Below, one piece after another: positions 1-9,009 of a stretch of 64,000 bases of DNA (within the stretch, counting starts at the first letter, position 1; every line of letters begins with the position of its first letter). A program made the translations under genes and the position numbers. The notes under the pieces were generated by a model. The model had not been told where the DNA came from. It worked only from the letters and a program-made list of their open reading frames with translations, and ran no database searches. The stretch is from an uncultured Anaerolineales bacterium (GTDB taxonomy: Bacteria > Chloroflexota > Anaerolineae > UBA2200), in contig CAYZGO010000004.1 in the NCBI GenBank assembly GCA_964478075.1, forward strand, positions 60,492 through 124,491, written 5' to 3'.

Positions 1-295
1 GGATGTTTACTTCGTAGCCGGGGATCCTGACCACATCGGCAAAATCCTCGAACACGGCTATGCTCTCTAGCATCATCCTCACGTTTTCGGGCTCGGCGAA
101 TTGGGCCCTGAAGCACTCTTCTGATGCAGCCGTGGTTAAGGTGGCAAGTCCATCCCTGCGTTCCAGAACTACCGTGTCGAATCCTGCTTCTGTAGTATAG
201 AAGGCAGTGGCGCAGCCAATGATGCCTCCGCCCACGATCACGACATCGGCAGAGCGTGGAAGGCCCCCCACTTGTGGCACAGCGATCCTGCCCAT
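1..295 (-). CDS. FAD-dependent oxidoreductase (DadA / glycine oxidase-like), N-terminal part only; the C-terminus lies beyond the window start
   Basis: Reverse-strand ATG at 293-295 preceded by a GGGGG RBS. Translation MGRIAVPQVGGLPRSADVVIVGGGIIGCATAFYTTEAGFDTVVLER carries the GxGxxG FAD-binding Rossmann motif. Not in the ORF track because it runs off the window edge. Confidence 0.6.
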   Translation of the reverse strand, partial: MGRIAVPQVGGLPRSADVVIVGGGIIGCATAFYTTEAGFDTVVLERRDGLATLTTAASEECFRAQFAEPENVRMMLESIAVFEDFADVVRIPGYEVNI

Positions 296-437
296 CTTAC
301 CCCCTTTGGTAACCATTCACATCCTTGTAGAATGATAGAGGAACCGCTTGACCAGGAAGGCACGCTTTCACGACGCTCTCACCTGGCGAAGGGTTCCCAC
401 TTTTGGTTCCGCAGCGCAAGCTATCCTGTGGCTCAAC

Positions 438-1160
438 TTACTGGTCTGCGATCAGAATCCGCCCGCAGTTGGTGCAGGTAATCAATCCCCGGCCCTGACG
501 CACAAGCTGTGCTTTGCTCGTGGGCAGCGTCACCCGGCAGCCCTGACATACCTGTCCCACCAGCAGAGCAACCGCACGCCCGCCTTTCTTCCGCAGTAGG
601 TCTTCGTACAAAGCCAGTTCACTCGCTTCCAAAAGGGGCACCAGCGCCGCCCGATCCTTGTCAAGAGTTGCGATCCTGGCCTGTAGCTGCGCAATCTCTC
701 TGGTCAGTCCGTCTTGCTCCGCTCGCCACTTGGTCTCAGCCTTCTCCAGCCCTGCAGAGGCATCCGCGACCGTCTTCTCACACTCGTCAAAGCGCGTCAT
801 GGCCAGCAGAACCTCGTCCTCCAGTTTCTCGCGTGAGCGCTTCAGATACTCATGATCTCGCTGCAATGCGCCTAGTTCTTTCGGATTGGTGACTTGACCA
901 CCATAAAGGCGCTGCTCGGTTGTGGCAATCCTATCGTTCAGGCTTTGCAGATCCAATTCCAGGTCCCGCAGACGTGCACGCCAACTGACCAACTCTTTGC
1001 TGGCTTGCTCGTCCGCACGGCGTGCAGCCGCGAGTTCCGAGCTTTCACACAACAAACCTTCAGCCTCACGCAATTTGCTTCGTCGCTCTGACAACTCGGT
1101 ATCCAGCAACTGCAAACGGTATAGCGTCTCCGTTACGTTGGCCATCACTCCCACCGCCAT
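438..1160 (-). CDS. zinc-ribbon domain protein with long coiled coil (COG1579-like)
   Basis: 240 aa ORF. Coiled-coil-rich N-terminal part, then C-terminal CxxC...CxxC (CQGCRV...CTNCGRIL) zinc ribbon. Confidence 0.7.
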   Translation of the reverse strand: MAVGVMANVTETLYRLQLLDTELSERRSKLREAEGLLCESSELAAARRADEQASKELVSWRARLRDLELDLQSLNDRIATTEQRLYGGQVTNPKELGALQRDHEYLKRSREKLEDEVLLAMTRFDECEKTVADASAGLEKAETKWRAEQDGLTREIAQLQARIATLDKDRAALVPLLEASELALYEDLLRKKGGRAVALLVGQVCQGCRVTLPTSKAQLVRQGRGLITCTNCGRILIADQ

Positions 1161-1807
1161 CGTCGCTTGAAGAGGCCAATCAGAACAACACCGACGGCAA
1201 ATCCACCAATATGTGCGAACCAGGCCACACCACCGCTAGCCTCCATGCCCAAGGAAAGCAGCCCACTGAAGAGCTGCAGAATTATCCAGAAGCCCAGAAC
1301 CACCAGCGCCGGCAGTCTGACCAGGCGCATGGAGTATCCCAGCAAGATGAGCGTCTCCACCTCAGCGCCCGGATACAGCAACATGTAGGCCCCAAGGACT
1401 CCCGAGATGGCCCCACTCGCACCGACCATGGGAACGGTGGAGAGCGGAGCCACCAACACCTGCCCCACAGCAGCTCCAAGGCCGCACAACAGGTAGAAAA
1501 AGACGAACCTGAACGAGCCCATAGCTGCCTCGATATTGTCGCCAAAGATCCAAAGGTACAGCATATTGCCGCCCAGGTGCATGAAGCCGCTGTGTACGAA
1601 CATGGAAGTGAACACGGTCAGGATAGCACCCACATCGAGCGCTACCAGCCGGTAGGGAACCAGTCCCAGACTGTGAACCAGGGAATCGAGTGCGCTCTGG
1701 GAAGGCAGCAGCAGCTCGTACACAAAGACAAGGACATTGAGCAGGATGAGTCCAACTGTGGCAATTGGAAAGCGGCGTCTGGGATTGATGTCACGCAGCG
1801 GTATCAT
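1145..1807 (-). CDS. rhomboid family intramembrane serine protease
   Basis: Multi-TM protein with GxSG (GASGAISGVLGAY) and a histidine in the last TMs (AHIGGFAVG). Start set at the internal ATG (MIPLRD) with a GGAGGG RBS; the longer ORF start has none. Confidence 0.8.
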   Translation of the reverse strand: MIPLRDINPRRRFPIATVGLILLNVLVFVYELLLPSQSALDSLVHSLGLVPYRLVALDVGAILTVFTSMFVHSGFMHLGGNMLYLWIFGDNIEAAMGSFRFVFFYLLCGLGAAVGQVLVAPLSTVPMVGASGAISGVLGAYMLLYPGAEVETLILLGYSMRLVRLPALVVLGFWIILQLFSGLLSLGMEASGGVAWFAHIGGFAVGVVLIGLFKRRWRWE

Positions 1808-1883
1808 GGACACCCTCCAGGTGATAATCAGCTCTTCGCCAATTGTACTACAACTGGGCTCAAAACAAAAGTCCTCACACACC

Positions 1884-1960
1884 CTCCCGCAGGATCACAT
1901 TTGATGAAGAACCACCCGCCTCATCTCGTACCCTTATTGCAAGACAAAACCTGCGGGAGG
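1884..1960. repeat. REP-like inverted repeat (CCTCCCGCAGG ... CCTGCGGGAGG) with a loop of about 55 nt
   Basis: Perfect 11-bp inverted repeat. The arm sequence belongs to the CCCTCCCGGAGG family seen at 6205, 6851, 23824, 32852 and 62555. Confidence 0.5.
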
Positions 1961-1983
1961 ATACCCGACGATGTGTTGGGCGT

Positions 1984-2012
1984 TTGACAAAACCACGAGC
2001 TGGGGCTAAATT
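1984..2012 (+). promoter_or_regulatory. putative sigma70-type promoter for miaB (TTGACA - 17 nt - TAAATT)
   Basis: -35 TTGACA at 1984-1989, 17-nt spacer, -10 TAAATT at 2007-2012. The -10 is only 8 nt before the miaB ATG, implying a near-leaderless mRNA. Confidence 0.4.
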
Positions 2013-2020
2013 ACGCTACC

Positions 2021-3298
2021 ATGATGCGTTACTACCTTTGGACAATTGGCTGCCAGATGAACGACGCAGATGCCGCCAGAGTACGCCAGGAGTTAGCGAA
2101 GATGGGCTTCTGGCGCACCTCTGATCCTACAGAAGCGGACCTGGTGGTCTTGATCACCTGCGTCGTTCGTCAAAGCGCAGAGGACAAAGTCCTGGGAAGG
2201 CTGAGTTCCCTGAAGCACCTGAAGCGTAGCAGGCCCCAAGCAGTCATCACGGTCATGGGCTGCTTCATTGACGATGAATCAGCCTTGCACGCCCGTTTTC
2301 CCTACGTGGAAGCTTTCTTCAAGCCCTCGGACGTCTCAGGCCTGCTCGAGTTCGTACGTCAGCGTACCCCAGGCGCACCAAGCCCCTCAAGCCAAGAACC
2401 CATCACCCACCCGACCAGTCAGGCCGTCTGCGCATTTGTTCCCGTCTCCTACGGATGTGACCACCATTGCACGTACTGCATCGTACGCCTGCGGCGTGGA
2501 AGGCAGCAAAGCCGCCCTTTGCCAGACATCCTCGATGAGGTACAAAGCCTGGCGCAGAGCGGAGTTCGTGAAATCACGCTGTTAGGCCAGAATGTCGATG
2601 CCTATGGACAGGATTTGGGCACTGGCGCACCGGATCTGGCTGACGTCTTGATGGCTGTGCAGCAGATAGAAGGGCTGTGGCGCATCCGTTTCCTTACCTC
2701 CCATCCTGGTGACATGAGCCTGAAACTGATCCGGGCTGTAGCGAGTCTGCCGAAAGTATGCCCGCATTTCGAGCTGGCCGTGCAGGCCGGTGACGACAGG
2801 ATCCTGCAACGCATGGGCCGCAACTACACAGTGGCAGGCTACCAGGAGTTGGTAGCCGCGATCCGTGACCAGGTGCCAGGCTGCAGCATTGCCACGGATG
2901 TCATCGTTGGCTTTCCCGGAGAAGACAAGGTTCAGTTTCAGGCCACGTACGATCTGTTGGCTTCAATACGTTTCGACGTCGTGCACATCGCCAGGTTCTC
3001 CCCGCGCCCAGGGACTCCCGCCATGCGACTGCCTGACGACGTACCTCCACAGGAAAAAGAAAGACGCCGCGCCTTGCTCGAAGAGTTGCAGAAGCAAATT
3101 GCAGGCGAGATAAACGCTTCGCTGCTGGGCCAGACTGTGGAGGTGCTGGTGGAAGAGTGCAAACGCGGCAGGTGGAAGGGACGTACGGTGACCAACAAAC
3201 TGGTTTTCTTCGAGGATGCAGCAGACTGGCGTGGCCGGCTTGCGCAAGTACAAATCACGCGGGCCGGGCCGTGGTCACTGCGGGGGCAGCCGGCTTAG
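2021..3298 (+). CDS. miaB: tRNA-i6A37 methylthiotransferase MiaB (radical SAM)
   Basis: N-terminus MMRYYLWTIGCQMN, radical-SAM CxxxCxxC (CDHHCTYC) and TRAM-like C-terminal region. Typical MiaB length of 425 aa. Confidence 0.9.
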   Translation: MMRYYLWTIGCQMNDADAARVRQELAKMGFWRTSDPTEADLVVLITCVVRQSAEDKVLGRLSSLKHLKRSRPQAVITVMGCFIDDESALHARFPYVEAFFKPSDVSGLLEFVRQRTPGAPSPSSQEPITHPTSQAVCAFVPVSYGCDHHCTYCIVRLRRGRQQSRPLPDILDEVQSLAQSGVREITLLGQNVDAYGQDLGTGAPDLADVLMAVQQIEGLWRIRFLTSHPGDMSLKLIRAVASLPKVCPHFELAVQAGDDRILQRMGRNYTVAGYQELVAAIRDQVPGCSIATDVIVGFPGEDKVQFQATYDLLASIRFDVVHIARFSPRPGTPAMRLPDDVPPQEKERRRALLEELQKQIAGEINASLLGQTVEVLVEECKRGRWKGRTVTNKLVFFEDAADWRGRLAQVQITRAGPWSLRGQPA

Positions 3299-3458
3299 AG
3301 CCTATCCGAAAACAGCGGGCCGGGTTCCCACGTTGTTCATCCCGCTTGACGGTGCCCGGCTGTCCAGCAGCGTGCCCACTCCGCTTCGCTCCGTGGGTGC
3401 TACGCGAGGAGCTGCTTCTGCTGACTTTCCGGATAGGCACTTGGTATCGCCTTCGTTG

Positions 3459-3671
3459 TCACATGCTCACAGTTTCAAAAGCGAACCGCAGTTGCTCAGG
3501 TGCCGGCACCGAGAAGTTGAGTTTCTCAAAGCCGATGACCCGCCCAGTGCTGTCTTTCATCAGAATGACTTCATCGCCGGTCTCCTCGCAGATGTATTCA
3601 CTCTGCGGATCACCGAACCAGACCGTCAAGGTATTGCCAGCACGGTCATAGAAGACTTTTACTTGCTCCAT
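3459..3671 (-). CDS. DUF2283 domain protein (antitoxin-like partner)
   Basis: 70 aa. Motif TLTVWFGDP...DEVILMKDSTGRVIGFE is typical of DUF2283. Overlaps the upstream DUF4258 ORF by 13 nt. Confidence 0.55.
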   Translation of the reverse strand: MEQVKVFYDRAGNTLTVWFGDPQSEYICEETGDEVILMKDSTGRVIGFEKLNFSVPAPEQLRFAFETVSM

Positions 3672-3976
3672 ACTCGTTCACCTTCCTTGATCGCATCGGT
3701 CGGATAGGCAGTAATCAGGAAAGCCTCGTCATTAAGCCGCCTCACCACGGCACAAATCCAACGCCCAGGGCGTTCCAACCGATAGAAAAGAAGCACGCCC
3801 ACATCGCTGCGGCTCTGTCGAATCTCATCAGGCGCTTGCAAGACGCCCTGCACATCTGCCTCACGCCCACGCATCACGGGATGCTTGATTGTGACAATAA
3901 GGTCCCAATAGGCACGTGTGATGCGAACACTGAAGCCAAGCGGCGTAACTACTTCCCAGAGTGCATCATCAGCCAT
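3659..3976 (-). CDS. DUF4258 domain protein (toxin-like partner of DUF2283)
   Basis: Start set at ATG (MADDALWEV) with a GAGGGG RBS. 105 aa; the pairing and overlap with the DUF2283 gene fit a two-gene TA-like module. Confidence 0.5.
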   Translation of the reverse strand: MADDALWEVVTPLGFSVRITRAYWDLIVTIKHPVMRGREADVQGVLQAPDEIRQSRSDVGVLLFYRLERPGRWICAVVRRLNDEAFLITAYPTDAIKEGERVWSK

Positions 3977-4185
3977 GCTACCCCTCAACGGAATATGGGT
4001 TAACCCCGCAGAGTCTGCAAGCGCTCTTGGAGTGCTTAACCTTATGGTTGCCTGTGATTCTAGCCGAGAATACGATATTTGCCAAAACGCTCCCGAACCG
4101 AAGACCCGACTTGCGCTCGCTCCCAACGAAGGATATAATCGGGCTGACGTGGACAACAGATTCTGTACCAACAGTTGGGATTAGC

Positions 4186-4677
4186 GTGATCGTGAAGCAC
4201 AAGACCAACTCGATGCGCCTGCTGGAATCGCACCGCATTCCCTATCAGGCCTACGAGTTCTCCACCGACATCCGTTCCGCCGAGGGAGTAGCCGAGGTGC
4301 TTGCCGTTCCTCACAACCAGATCTACAAGACTCTGGTAATCACGCGCGAACGTGGCCAGCCGTTATTGGTCATGATACCTGGTGATAAGACGCTGGACTT
4401 GAAGCTATTGGCCAAGTCCATCGGGGAGAAGAAACTGCGCATGGCCACCCATAAGGAAGCGGAGGCCCTTACTGGCCTGGAGATAGGCGGTATCTCGGCA
4501 CTCAGCCTGGTGCACAAAGGCTTCGATGTCTACGCTGACGAGGCTATCCTGTCCCTGGACGAGGTCTACGTCAGCGCAGGACGCTGCGGCATCAACCTCG
4601 CTTTGCGCCCCAGCGACCTGCTGCGGATCACGAAGGCGCGTACCGTAGGGACGACGAGGCCACACGAAAAGAAGTGA
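4186..4677 (+). CDS. ybaK: Cys-tRNA(Pro)/Cys-tRNA(Cys) deacylase YbaK-like
   Basis: MRLLESHRIPYQAYEF...KTLVI...GGISALS pattern of the YbaK/ProX deacylase family. Start is uncertain: GTG at 4186 or ATG at 4213. Confidence 0.65.
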   Translation: MIVKHKTNSMRLLESHRIPYQAYEFSTDIRSAEGVAEVLAVPHNQIYKTLVITRERGQPLLVMIPGDKTLDLKLLAKSIGEKKLRMATHKEAEALTGLEIGGISALSLVHKGFDVYADEAILSLDEVYVSAGRCGINLALRPSDLLRITKARTVGTTRPHEKK

Positions 4678-4778
4678 GCGGCGTGGTGTGAGATCAAACC
4701 CCTGGTTTCAAATGCCCTGAGGGCCTCCCCATCCTTCGGCCTCAAGCCCTCCAGAGCAAAGGCTTCAGATCCTCAATC

Positions 4779-5960
4779 CTATTCACTGGCTGCGCTCACA
4801 ACCTCACCCGCGCACGCACTGGCCTCGCAGACGTAGATCTCCGGCGTCACGCCCATCTCCTCGCCGTAGCGAGTGGCAACTTGCTGCGCGAATGCCGAAG
4901 CTTCTTCCGAGCGCACCAGGTTGACTGTGCAGCCGCCAAATCCGGCGCCGGTCATGCGTGCCCCCAGGCAGCCTGGGGCACTGCGCGCCAGGTCGACCAT
5001 ACAATCCAACTCTGGGCAACTCACCTCATAGTCATCTCGCAAACTGGCATGCGAGAAGTCCACCAGTCGCCCAAACTCGGCCACATCTCCTGCCCGCATC
5101 GCTGCCACAGCCTGCAGCACACGCTCGTTCTCGCTGACCACGTGCGCGCAGCGCTTGCGCACGACAGGCGGCAAACTGTGACCATGGCGAGCCAGAACCT
5201 TGCTCGTCACATCGCGCAGGGCCCTCACTTGCGGCAGATACCGTCGCAGCAATTCAACGCCCTGCTCACATTCCTGCCGACGCGCATTGTACTCCGAGTC
5301 AATGAGGCCACGGCGCTTCATGGTATCACATACGACCACGGACACACCAGGCGGCAACGGCACAGACTTGCAGCGCAGGCTTCGACAATCAATGAGCAGC
5401 GCATGACCGCGCTGGCCCGACACAGCGATGAACTGATCCATGATGCCACAGCTCATGCCCACAAACTCGTTCTCCGCCCGCTGACAGAGCAGAGCCAAAT
5501 CCAGCGGTGATACTTTCAGCGCGCACAAGGCGCGAAAAGCAACCGCCGTGGCTACTTCAATGGCTGCCGAAGAGGACAGGCCGGACCCGATAGGCACGTT
5601 CCCTGCAATCACCGCGTCCATGCCGTGCAGCGCAAAACCCTGCTGCTGGAACATGAGCGCGACGCCGCGTACATAGTTGCTCCAAGGCGCAGACGGGTCA
5701 GGCGTAACCTGCTCCAGTGAGAACTCGCTGCCTTGCTCAAAGTTGACCGACCATAATCTGACCCAGGCGTCAGGCCGCGCACGTGCCGCAAGCACAACCT
5801 GGCGATCAATGGCCACGGGCAGCACAAAGCCAGCGTTGTAGTCAGTGTGCTCACCGATGAGATTGACGCGGCCTGGAGCCTGAAACAAACGCGGCTGGCC
5901 GCCAGGGAAGCGCTGCGCGAAAACCTCTCTCACCTGCTGGTACAAATCCTTTGCTCCCAT
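4779..5960 (-). CDS. galK: galactokinase
   Basis: GHMP kinase motifs: RVNLIGEHTDYN at the N-terminus and PIGSGLSSSAA. Start at the internal ATG (MGAKDLYQQ) with an AGGAGGG RBS. Confidence 0.9.
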   Translation of the reverse strand: MGAKDLYQQVREVFAQRFPGGQPRLFQAPGRVNLIGEHTDYNAGFVLPVAIDRQVVLAARARPDAWVRLWSVNFEQGSEFSLEQVTPDPSAPWSNYVRGVALMFQQQGFALHGMDAVIAGNVPIGSGLSSSAAIEVATAVAFRALCALKVSPLDLALLCQRAENEFVGMSCGIMDQFIAVSGQRGHALLIDCRSLRCKSVPLPPGVSVVVCDTMKRRGLIDSEYNARRQECEQGVELLRRYLPQVRALRDVTSKVLARHGHSLPPVVRKRCAHVVSENERVLQAVAAMRAGDVAEFGRLVDFSHASLRDDYEVSCPELDCMVDLARSAPGCLGARMTGAGFGGCTVNLVRSEEASAFAQQVATRYGEEMGVTPEIYVCEASACAGEVVSAASE

Positions 5961-6079
5961 GCAGAAACCCTCCTGCGTCGGGTGCTGTGACTGCTGAATG
6001 TTGATAGCCGTGATGGGTCTCGTCTTACCGCCGAGCACGCAGAGCCTTTCGGGTTTCTCTGCAGCCCTTCTGGCCTGAG

Positions 6080-6108
6080 AGTATACTACATGCGTAACAG
6101 AGTTACAA
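6080..6108 (-). promoter_or_regulatory. putative promoter for galK (TTGTAA - 17 - TATACT on minus strand)
   Basis: Read on the minus strand: TTGTAA, 17-nt spacer, TATACT. About 115 nt upstream of the galK start. Confidence 0.3.
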
Positions 6109-6204
6109 TCATGGACTAGGCAGAACCAGGAGCATCCCATAATCCGGAGCCGTCGAGTTATTTGACGGCACACTGTTTCCGGCTAGAATATGGCTACCAA
6201 CCCA

Positions 6205-6235
6205 CCCTCCCGGAGGTTCTCAACCTCCGGGAGGG
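6205..6235. repeat. REP hairpin (CCCTCCCGGAGGTT ctc AACCTCCGGGAGGG) flanking the RAYT gene, 5' side
   Basis: Perfect 14-bp stem with a 3-nt loop, immediately upstream of the IS200-like/RAYT ORF. Confidence 0.7.
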
Positions 6236-6263
6236 TACAGCGGCACAGCAAAGGGGGTAGAGC

Positions 6264-6842
6264 ATGCCCCGCCGGGGCGACGTGTTCGCTGCCGAGAACT
6301 ACTACCACATCTACAATCGAGCGGCGGCAGGCGGCCTGCTATTCTTCAACTCCAGCAACTACGAATACTGCTTGCGCCTAGTCAAGCGGTATCAACAGCA
6401 GTATGGGGCCACCGTGATAGCTTACTGCCTGATGCCCACTCACTACCACTTCCTGCTGAGACAGGAAAGCGATGAGCCCCTGTCCAAGTTCATCGGTGTG
6501 CTCTTCAATGCCTATGTGCAGGCTGTGAACCGGCAACTGGGACGCAGTGGTACCCTATTCGAGGGGCGCTTTCGTCACGTGCGGGTGGACCGGGAAGAGT
6601 ATCTGGTGTATTTGTGCCGATACGTCCATCTGAACCCAGTGGAAGCAGGACTGGTTTCTCGACCTGAAGACTGGCTCTATTCCAACTACCGAGAGTGGAC
6701 TGGACAGCGCGCCGGGACCCTGAAGGACGAGGCATTCATCTTGGAGAGATTCGCAACGCCTGACGCGTATCGACGCTTTGTAGCCGATTGGCAAGGCGCA
6801 GAGCGCTTTGGTGAACAGATACAGAAGTATGTTTGGGACTGA
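6264..6842 (+). CDS. REP-associated tyrosine transposase / IS200-like Y1 (HUH) transposase
   Basis: HUH motif CLMPTHYHFLL and catalytic Tyr region LCRYVHLNPVEAG. Both sides are flanked by the CCCTCCCGGAGGTT hairpin. Confidence 0.8.
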   Translation: MPRRGDVFAAENYYHIYNRAAAGGLLFFNSSNYEYCLRLVKRYQQQYGATVIAYCLMPTHYHFLLRQESDEPLSKFIGVLFNAYVQAVNRQLGRSGTLFEGRFRHVRVDREEYLVYLCRYVHLNPVEAGLVSRPEDWLYSNYREWTGQRAGTLKDEAFILERFATPDAYRRFVADWQGAERFGEQIQKYVWD

Positions 6843-6850
6843 CGCGCCCA

Positions 6851-6880
6851 CCCTCCCGGAGGTTCTGAACCTTCGGGAGG
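6851..6880. repeat. REP hairpin flanking the RAYT gene, 3' side (one mismatch)
   Basis: CCCTCCCGGAGGTT ctg AACCTTCGGGAGG. Sits between the RAYT stop and the RBS of the next gene. Confidence 0.7.
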
Positions 6881-6899
6881 CTTGAGAAGGAGGACAACC

Positions 6900-8687
6900 A
6901 TGAAAAGGCGCCATTTGGTTAGCAGAGGAATCCTGATCGCCATTCTCCTGTACATGCTCTTGTCCATGGGATGCATCAAGCGCGTCACACCCACACCTAC
7001 TCCCGTGCCTAGCCCGTTTGCCACGGCCACTGGCACTTCCGTGCCTGCCGTCATTTCCACCGCCACTCCTACTCCCACGGAGCCACTTCCGACGACGGCG
7101 CCAACTCTGACACCCGAACCGCAGCCCACTGCCACCCCGACGCCATCAACTACTGTCACCCTGCGTATTGGCTGGCTGGGAGCGCCTGACTCGCTGAACC
7201 CCGTTGCTGACGAACCTAGCGAAGCAGACGCCGTCTTGTCCCTCGTGTTCGATCACCTGATCTACGATACGCTGGACAACGCATATGCTCCTGCTTTCGC
7301 CAGGAGCTGGGCCAGCCCGGACGGCGGAAAGACGTGGGTCTTTGACTTGCGGGCCGACGTGGAAACCCACGACGGGCATCCCTTCACCGCCGAGGATGCG
7401 GCCTTCACGCTGCGCCTCTACCAGGGCCATCCCAAGTTCACTTACTACAGCGGCTATACAGCAACCATGCAGAACATCGAGGCCACGAGTCCCAACACCC
7501 TGACCATCACCATGAGCCAGCCAATCGGCAACATTGAAGCATTTGTCCATTGGGTGCCCCTTCTGCCCAAGCACATCTGGGAGACCGTGGAGATCAGCAC
7601 AGTAACAGAATTCGACGATCTGCTGATCGGCAGCGGCCCCTTTATGCTGAAGGAACATCAGTTTGGAGAGCGGATTACCCTCTCGGCCAACAAAGGCTAC
7701 TGGATGACAGCGCCCAGAGTGGACACGGTGACCTTCCAGACCTACCCAGATGCCGATGCCCTGGCACAGGCCCTCAAACAAGGAGACGTTGACCTGATCA
7801 CCGAGTTGTCTGGGCGCTTGATAGCCGATCTGAAGAGTGACCCCCACGTCCAGGTCGTCTCCGGTCCGCACATCCGCCTGCGCACTCTCGCCTTCAACGT
7901 ATCGGACAAGGCGCAGAGCACTGGCCACGCCGCTCTCAAAGATCCGCAAGTGCGCCTGGCCATCGCCCATGCCATTGACAAGCAGCAGATCATTGACCTG
8001 GCGTTGTTGGGTCAGGGTATGCCCGGCCTCAGCATCCTTCCGCCAGCTCTGCGCAGGTGGTTCAACTATGAGATAGAGGACGTGCCGTTTGACCTGCAGG
8101 AGGCACAACGCATTCTGGATAGCGCTGGCTACGTTGACAGCGATGGCGATGGGCTGCGTGACATGCCTGACGGCGCCAGCTCACTGGACTTTCGTCTGTT
8201 CATACCGTCAGATTCGGTCACAGGCAGCCGCGAAGGCGAAATGATCGGAAACTGGCTGCGCCAGATAGGCATAGGAATCAGCGCACAAACGCTGGCTCCA
8301 GACGCGCTGAGCGCTGCTTGCTGTCCTGCCTGTGACTACGATATGGTACTCTGCGAACAGGACGGGGGCCCGGACCCAGATTCTCTCTTAAGCATCGTGA
8401 CAACTGCGCAGATTGAGACTGGGCTAAACGAAACTGGCTACTCCAATCCTGCCTACGACGCGCTTTACGAGCAGCAGATAACCATTATAGACCAGAAGCA
8501 GCGCCGCCAGATCGTCTGGCAGATGCAGGAAACAGCCTTCAACAGCCGACCTTACGTGGTGCTGTACTACGACTTGACGGTGCAGGCCTTCCGCAAGGAC
8601 CGCTTCCAGAACTGGCTGTTCATCCCCAATGGGATTCTGTCGCTGGCAGACGAACGATCGTTGCTACAAGTCGAGCCACTACCATAG
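6900..8687 (+). CDS. ABC transporter substrate-binding lipoprotein, family 5 (peptide/nickel type)
   Basis: Signal peptide plus lipobox LLSMGC, Pro/Thr-rich linker, then an SBP_bac_5-like core (TLRIGW...PDSLNP...). GAAGGAGGA RBS before the ATG at 6900. Confidence 0.85.
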   Translation: MKRRHLVSRGILIAILLYMLLSMGCIKRVTPTPTPVPSPFATATGTSVPAVISTATPTPTEPLPTTAPTLTPEPQPTATPTPSTTVTLRIGWLGAPDSLNPVADEPSEADAVLSLVFDHLIYDTLDNAYAPAFARSWASPDGGKTWVFDLRADVETHDGHPFTAEDAAFTLRLYQGHPKFTYYSGYTATMQNIEATSPNTLTITMSQPIGNIEAFVHWVPLLPKHIWETVEISTVTEFDDLLIGSGPFMLKEHQFGERITLSANKGYWMTAPRVDTVTFQTYPDADALAQALKQGDVDLITELSGRLIADLKSDPHVQVVSGPHIRLRTLAFNVSDKAQSTGHAALKDPQVRLAIAHAIDKQQIIDLALLGQGMPGLSILPPALRRWFNYEIEDVPFDLQEAQRILDSAGYVDSDGDGLRDMPDGASSLDFRLFIPSDSVTGSREGEMIGNWLRQIGIGISAQTLAPDALSAACCPACDYDMVLCEQDGGPDPDSLLSIVTTAQIETGLNETGYSNPAYDALYEQQITIIDQKQRRQIVWQMQETAFNSRPYVVLYYDLTVQAFRKDRFQNWLFIPNGILSLADERSLLQVEPLP

Positions 8688-8940
8688 CTGCGCAGACCAG
8701 AATGACAGCACTCAAGTCTGCAGCGTCCTGTGTGCTAGCAGTGTGGGATTGCGACGCTTGGCCGGCACTACCTTTGACGCTAACACCAACCTTCACCCCT
8801 CGTGCCAGGATGCTTCTGCCCGTGGTCCTAGAGGTAGCCCATCCACAATAGAGAATGCGCCGCGTAGCGCTGCAGAGCAGGACAGGCCCCGTCCCGCTCA
8901 GCTCAGCCGTTCGTCTTCCCGCTGACTGCTTGGCCCGCAT

Positions 8941-8969
8941 TTGTGCAAAGAATCGCTTTCAGCTACAAT
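8941..8969 (+). promoter_or_regulatory. putative promoter for galU (TTGTGC - 17 - TACAAT)
   Basis: -35 TTGTGC at 8941-8946, 17-nt spacer, -10 TACAAT at 8964-8969, about 40 nt before the galU RBS. Confidence 0.45.
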
Positions 8970-9009
8970 AGCCTGCAGTCCAAGAGCCCCTGAGGAAAGG
9001 AAGATTCAT

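Noticed and set aside
1022-1987. 321-aa plus-strand ORF, and many other long ORFs antisense to annotated genes (for example 4881-5510, 7146-8108, 19337-20158, 27951-28679, 30117-31034, 40461-41570)
   Set aside because: High-GC DNA yields long spurious antisense ORFs. The translations are low-complexity (Arg/Ala/Pro/His-rich) and lack RBSs, and the opposite strand encodes recognisable proteins.
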